DNA from: an uncultured Vicinamibacteraceae bacterium
GTDB lineage: Bacteria; Acidobacteriota; Vicinamibacteria; Vicinamibacterales; UBA8438
Length of the DNA: 64,000 nucleotides
Assembly (NCBI GenBank): GCA_964636705.1
Contig: CAZWUJ010000003.1
Location: 128,873 to 192,872 of the forward strand
Direction of reading: 5' to 3'
The translations under genes were made by a program, and so were the position numbers. Under the pieces are notes generated by a model, which saw nothing but the letters and a program-made list of their open reading frames with translations, searched no databases and had not been told where the DNA came from. Below are positions 60,442-64,000 of the stretch, piece after piece. Position 1 is the first letter of the stretch. Each line of letters opens with the position of its first letter.

Positions 60442-61452
60442 ATGATGAGACGCATCCTGACCATCGCGACGGCCCTGATGGCCATCACCGCGCTCGCCGC
60501 CGGGACCGCGTTGGCGCAGAACGGGGACGGCTCGTGGACGGCGCCGAAGACTCCGTTCGGGCACCCCGACCTGCAAGGCGTCTGGGCGAACAACAATGCG
60601 ACGCCGCTGCAGCGGCCCGAGGCGCTCGGGGAACGCGAGTTCCTGACCGAAGAGGAACTGGCAGCGCTGCAGTCGCGCGCCAGCGAGCTGTTCGCACTTG
60701 ACGCCGGCGACGCTGCGTTCGGCGACAGCGTGTTCAACGCGGCGCTCAACGACGTGCAGGAATTCACGTCACGCGACCGCGCCACCGGGAACTACAACCA
60801 GTTCTGGCTCGTGGAGCGTGACTGGGACAACCGCACCTCGCTCATCATCGACCCGCCCAACGGCCGGCTCCCGGAGACGACCCAGGCGGCCAAGATGCGG
60901 GCCGCCGACCGCAGCATGCGACGGGCGCGGCACGCCGAGTGGACCGATGATCGGAGCCTCGGCGAGCGCTGCGTCAGCTTTGGGACACCGAGGCTCGGAG
61001 CCGGCTACAACAGCTATTACCAGCTCTTTCAGACGCCCGACCACGTCGTCATCCTGATGGAGATGGCCCACGACGCACGGATCATTTCCCTCGACGGCCG
61101 GCCGCACGTGGACGATGGCATCCGGCAGTGGCTGGGCGATTCCAGAGGCTACTGGGACGGCGATACGCTGGTCGTCGAGACGCGCAACTACTCTCCGCTC
61201 GCCAACTTCCAGGGCGCCGCCGAGCACCTGGAGATCACCGAGCGCTTCACGCGCGTCAGCGAGGACGTGCTGCAGTACGAGATCACGGCGAACGATCCGA
61301 CGACCTGGACGCGTCCCTGGACGGCCATGATCCCGTTGCGCAGCAGCCCGGATGCGCTGTACGAGTACGCCTGCCACGAAGGCAACATCGGTATGGAGGG
61401 CATCCTGGCGGGCGCGCGGGCCATGGAAGCCGAGGAAGCGGCGACGCGCTAG
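60442..61452 (+). CDS. secreted protein, unrecognised family, paralog 2
   Basis: A GGAGGAGG SD precedes the start. It has a signal peptide and the motifs PDLQGVW, YNQFW, SLIIDPPNGRLP, ERC, GYNSYYQLFQTPDHV, IRQWLGDSRGYWDGDTLVVETRNY, ERFTRV and YEYACHEGNIGMEGILAGARA. Confidence 0.85.
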   Translation: MMRRILTIATALMAITALAAGTALAQNGDGSWTAPKTPFGHPDLQGVWANNNATPLQRPEALGEREFLTEEELAALQSRASELFALDAGDAAFGDSVFNAALNDVQEFTSRDRATGNYNQFWLVERDWDNRTSLIIDPPNGRLPETTQAAKMRAADRSMRRARHAEWTDDRSLGERCVSFGTPRLGAGYNSYYQLFQTPDHVVILMEMAHDARIISLDGRPHVDDGIRQWLGDSRGYWDGDTLVVETRNYSPLANFQGAAEHLEITERFTRVSEDVLQYEITANDPTTWTRPWTAMIPLRSSPDALYEYACHEGNIGMEGILAGARAMEAEEAATR

Positions 61453-61537
61453 GGGTCTGCGCCGTGGAACGGTGCAGACCCCTAGATAGGCGCGGCTGGG
61501 CGGCCATCGGAGCCGCAGGCGACGATGGTCGGGCTAG
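61449..61537 (-). repeat. palindromic intergenic repeat element, copy C (inverted orientation)
   Basis: Sequence: CTAGGGGTCTGCGCCG-TGGAA-CGGTGCAGACCCCTAG (a 16-bp stem with one G-U pair), then ATAGGCGCGGCTGGGCGGCCATCGGAGCCGCAGGCGACGATGGTCGGGCTAG. The first CTAG contains the TAG stop of paralog 2. Confidence 0.85.
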
Positions 61538-61570
61538 AAGGCGACTCGATTCGGCCCAGGAGGTTGAGCG

Positions 61571-62575
61571 ATGCATAAGGGATCGTTTCGTATTGTGTCC
61601 GGCCTTGCCGCCGCGCTGCTGATCGCGGCCACCCCTGCCGTTGCGCAGCAGGCCGGCGGATGGTCGCCGCCGCGCACCGCCGACGGCCATCCGGATATCC
61701 AGGGGATCTGGGGGAACAATAGTGTCACCCCCCTGGAGCGGCCCGAGTCGCTTGCCGACCGCGAAACGCTGACCGACGAGGAGCTGGCGCGCGTCGAGAC
61801 GAGAGCGAACGAACTGTTCGCGCAGGACGCGGGCGACGCGGTCTTCGGCGATCAGTTCTTCAACGTCGCGGTGAGCGATGTCGAGAACTTCACGTCGACC
61901 GACGGCGGCACCGGCAACTACAACCAGTTCTGGCTGGTGGAGCGGGAATTCGACAACCGGACTTCACTCATCGTCGACCCGCCGAGCGGCCGGCTGCCCG
62001 AGTCTACCTCTGCGGCAAGGCTGGCATTCGAGACGACGATCGCGAACTTTGGCCGGCCCGCCGCCTGGACGGTGGACCGGGGCCTGAGCGAGCGCTGCAT
62101 CACGTTCGGACTCCCCAACCTGCTGGCGGGCTACAACAGCTACTATCAGATCTTCCAGACCGCCGATCATGTCGTGATCGAACAGGAACTGATTCACACC
62201 ACCCGGATCATTCCCATCGACAACCGCGACCACGTTCACGACAGCATCCGGCAGTGGCACGGGAACTCGGTCGGCTACTGGGAGGGCGACACGCTGGTCG
62301 TCGAGACAAGGAACTTCTCGCCGCAGAGCAACTTCCGTGGCGCGCGGGAACATCTGGAGCTGACCGAACGATTCACCCGGGTCGGACCGGACGAGTTGCG
62401 CTACGAGTTCACGGTCAACGACCCGACCGTGTGGGCGGCGCCCTGGACTGCCGTGATGCTGTGGAAGCGGACTGACGAGCCGATCTTCGAGTACGCCTGT
62501 CACGAAGGGAACATCGGCATGGAAGGCATCCTCGCGGGCGCCCGCGCCGAGGAAGCGGAGGCGGGCGCGCGCTAG
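61571..62575 (+). CDS. secreted protein, unrecognised family, paralog 3
   Basis: It has the same motif set as paralog 2 and can be aligned with it by eye along the full length. Confidence 0.85.
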   Translation: MHKGSFRIVSGLAAALLIAATPAVAQQAGGWSPPRTADGHPDIQGIWGNNSVTPLERPESLADRETLTDEELARVETRANELFAQDAGDAVFGDQFFNVAVSDVENFTSTDGGTGNYNQFWLVEREFDNRTSLIVDPPSGRLPESTSAARLAFETTIANFGRPAAWTVDRGLSERCITFGLPNLLAGYNSYYQIFQTADHVVIEQELIHTTRIIPIDNRDHVHDSIRQWHGNSVGYWEGDTLVVETRNFSPQSNFRGAREHLELTERFTRVGPDELRYEFTVNDPTVWAAPWTAVMLWKRTDEPIFEYACHEGNIGMEGILAGARAEEAEAGAR

Positions 62576-62627
62576 ACGTTGACGGCCGCGTCCGGCGCCT
62601 GGAGTCCGTCGGAAGAGGGATCGCCAA

Positions 62628-63620
62628 GTGCACAGGAAGACTTCGCCAATCAATCTGCTGGCGCTCCTGGCGGCGGGGGCGGCGCTGATTCCCATGGCGG
62701 CCACGCTCAATGCCCAGTCGGAGGACTATGCGGCGCCTCGCACCGCCTGGGGCGTCCCCGATCTCCAAGGCATCTGGACGAATGCGACGCTGACGCCGGT
62801 CGAGCGTCCGGAATCGATGAGCGGCCAAGTGCTTACCGCCGAGGAAGCAGCCGCGTTCGAAGCGCGTTCCGCCGAGGCGCGCGCCGCGTCGGACACGTTC
62901 ATCCCGGGCAACGTCGGCGCCTACAACCAGTTCTGGATGGACGGCGGCAAGGTGGTGACGGGCGACCGCCGGACGTCGTTGATCGCCGATCCTCCCGACG
63001 GGCGGATCCCGTGGACGCCGGAGGGACGGGAGCGGTTCGAGAACGACTCGGCGCGGTACGGCGTGGGGCCGTTCGATTCGTGGATCGACGCCGACACCGG
63101 TGAACGCTGCCTGACCGACGGCCTTCCGTTCGTTCCCTTGCAGGGTTACAACATGAACTACCACATCCTGCAGGGTCCCGGGTGGGTGGCGATGCTGAAC
63201 GAGATGTTCCACGAATACCGCCTGGTTCCGACCGATGGACGGCCCCATGTCCCGGCTCATGTCGGCCAGATCCTGGGTGATGCGCGGGGACGGTGGGAAG
63301 GCGACACCCTGGTGGTCGAGACGACGAGCTTCGCCGACAAGCGCCACTTTCTCTGGCGCGCCACCTGGCGCGCGGCGCGTCCCTCACTCCATCTGGTCGA
63401 ACGATTCACGCGCGTCAACGAGACGACGCTCGACTACGAGTTCACGATGACCGACCCGGAGATGTTCACGCGGCCGTGGACGGCCCTCGTCCCGATGACG
63501 ACCGACCACGCCTCGCGCGGCGTCACGTCCGGGCCGATATTCGAATACGCCTGTCACGAGGGGAACTACGGCCTGCTCAACATCTTGCGGGGAGCCCGCG
63601 CGGAGGAAGCGGAACCCTAG
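62628..63620 (+). CDS. secreted protein, unrecognised family, paralog 4
   Basis: A GTG start follows a GAGGGA SD. The motifs are PDLQGIW, YNQFW, SLIADPPDGRIP, ERC, GYNMNYHILQGPGWV, LGDARGRWEGDTLVVETTSF, ERFTRV and FEYACHEGNYG. Confidence 0.8.
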   Translation: MHRKTSPINLLALLAAGAALIPMAATLNAQSEDYAAPRTAWGVPDLQGIWTNATLTPVERPESMSGQVLTAEEAAAFEARSAEARAASDTFIPGNVGAYNQFWMDGGKVVTGDRRTSLIADPPDGRIPWTPEGRERFENDSARYGVGPFDSWIDADTGERCLTDGLPFVPLQGYNMNYHILQGPGWVAMLNEMFHEYRLVPTDGRPHVPAHVGQILGDARGRWEGDTLVVETTSFADKRHFLWRATWRAARPSLHLVERFTRVNETTLDYEFTMTDPEMFTRPWTALVPMTTDHASRGVTSGPIFEYACHEGNYGLLNILRGARAEEAEP

Positions 63621-63707
63621 CGCGACCATCGTCGCCTACGGCTCCGATGGCCGCCCAACCAGGCCTATCTGGCAGGCTGCACCGTTCCACGGCGCAGCCT
63701 GCTAGCC
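63617..63707 (+). repeat. palindromic intergenic repeat element, copy D (full unit)
   Basis: Sequence: CTAGCGCGACCATCGTCGCCTACGGCTCCGATGGCCGCCCAACCAGGCCTATCTG-GCAGGCTGCACCG-TTCCA-CGGCGCAGCCTGC-TAGCC. The first CTAG contains the TAG stop of paralog 4. Confidence 0.85.
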
Positions 63708-63754
63708 GCATGTTAGTATCTGGCGGCCCTTGGCGGGGCCGAGGAGGCATGTTG

Positions 63755-64000
63755 ATGACAAGTCGATTCGCTCTGATCACCTGGGCGGCGTTCGCCGCAC
63801 TTGCGCTCGCGCCGTTGACGGCCGGCGCGCAGCAAACCGAAGTGATGCGGACGCCGGATGGCCAGCCGGATATCTCGGGCATCTTCACCTTCCGGACGCT
63901 CACGCCGCTGCAGCGGCCCACCGCGCTGGAGGGACAGGACACGCTCGATCCCGAGTCGGCCGCGCAGTTCGAGGCGGCGGAGCGGATTCGGTTGAACCGC
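63755..64000 (+). CDS. secreted protein, unrecognised family, paralog 5 (N-terminal 82 aa; runs off the right edge)
   Basis: A GAGGAGG SD lies 7 nt before the ATG at 63755. The sequence is MTSRFALITWAAFAALALAPLTAGAQ...PDGQPDISGIFTF.TLTPLQRP, which has the same N-terminal motif order as paralogs 1-4. Confidence 0.7.
   Translation, partial: MTSRFALITWAAFAALALAPLTAGAQQTEVMRTPDGQPDISGIFTFRTLTPLQRPTALEGQDTLDPESAAQFEAAERIRLNR

Overview
Visibly GC-rich bacterial chromosomal DNA from a diderm organism (TolC, beta-barrel OMPs and lipoboxes are present). The gene content suggests an Acidobacteriota- or Gemmatimonadota-like organism, but that is a weak inference. About 60 protein genes are tightly packed, and many junctions are ATGA or TGATG overlaps. 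Most of the window is core metabolism and housekeeping: thrC-hom, secA, guaB, tsaE-nnr, gcvTHP, ispH, folK, dksA and comM. I saw no rRNA, tRNA, CRISPR array, transposase or integrase. The long antisense ORFs in the track are GC-driven shadow ORFs. Accessory or unusual content, left to right: (1) a promoter, Thr-rich mini-ORF and terminator leader upstream of hom-thrC that has the topology of a classical attenuator; (2) a serine hydrolase translationally coupled between two sodium:solute symporters; (3) a 9-kb type II secretion / type IV filament-like operon with no secretin or prepilin peptidase; (4) an isolated two-gene bacterial-microcompartment unit, a BMC-H shell protein plus a CoA-acylating aldehyde dehydrogenase carrying an unusual roughly 120-aa C-terminal tail; (5) a TolC-MacAB-type exporter with a Spy/CpxP-like partner; (6) a dmpA-cstA / small RCC-tailed protein / ArsA(Get3)-family ATPase / second cstA operon, interrupted by a self-contained vapBC module; (7) a secreted-protein island (M4 peptidase, LVIVD and PQQ-type propellers, esterase) that ends in five paralogs of an unrecognised roughly 335-aa secreted protein family; (8) a 58-122 nt palindromic intergenic repeat family (4 copies) whose CTAG termini supply or abut stop codons. 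The best candidates for something undescribed are items 7, 6 and 4, followed by items 8 and 1. All calls come from reading the sequence and from remembered family motifs. No searches were run.
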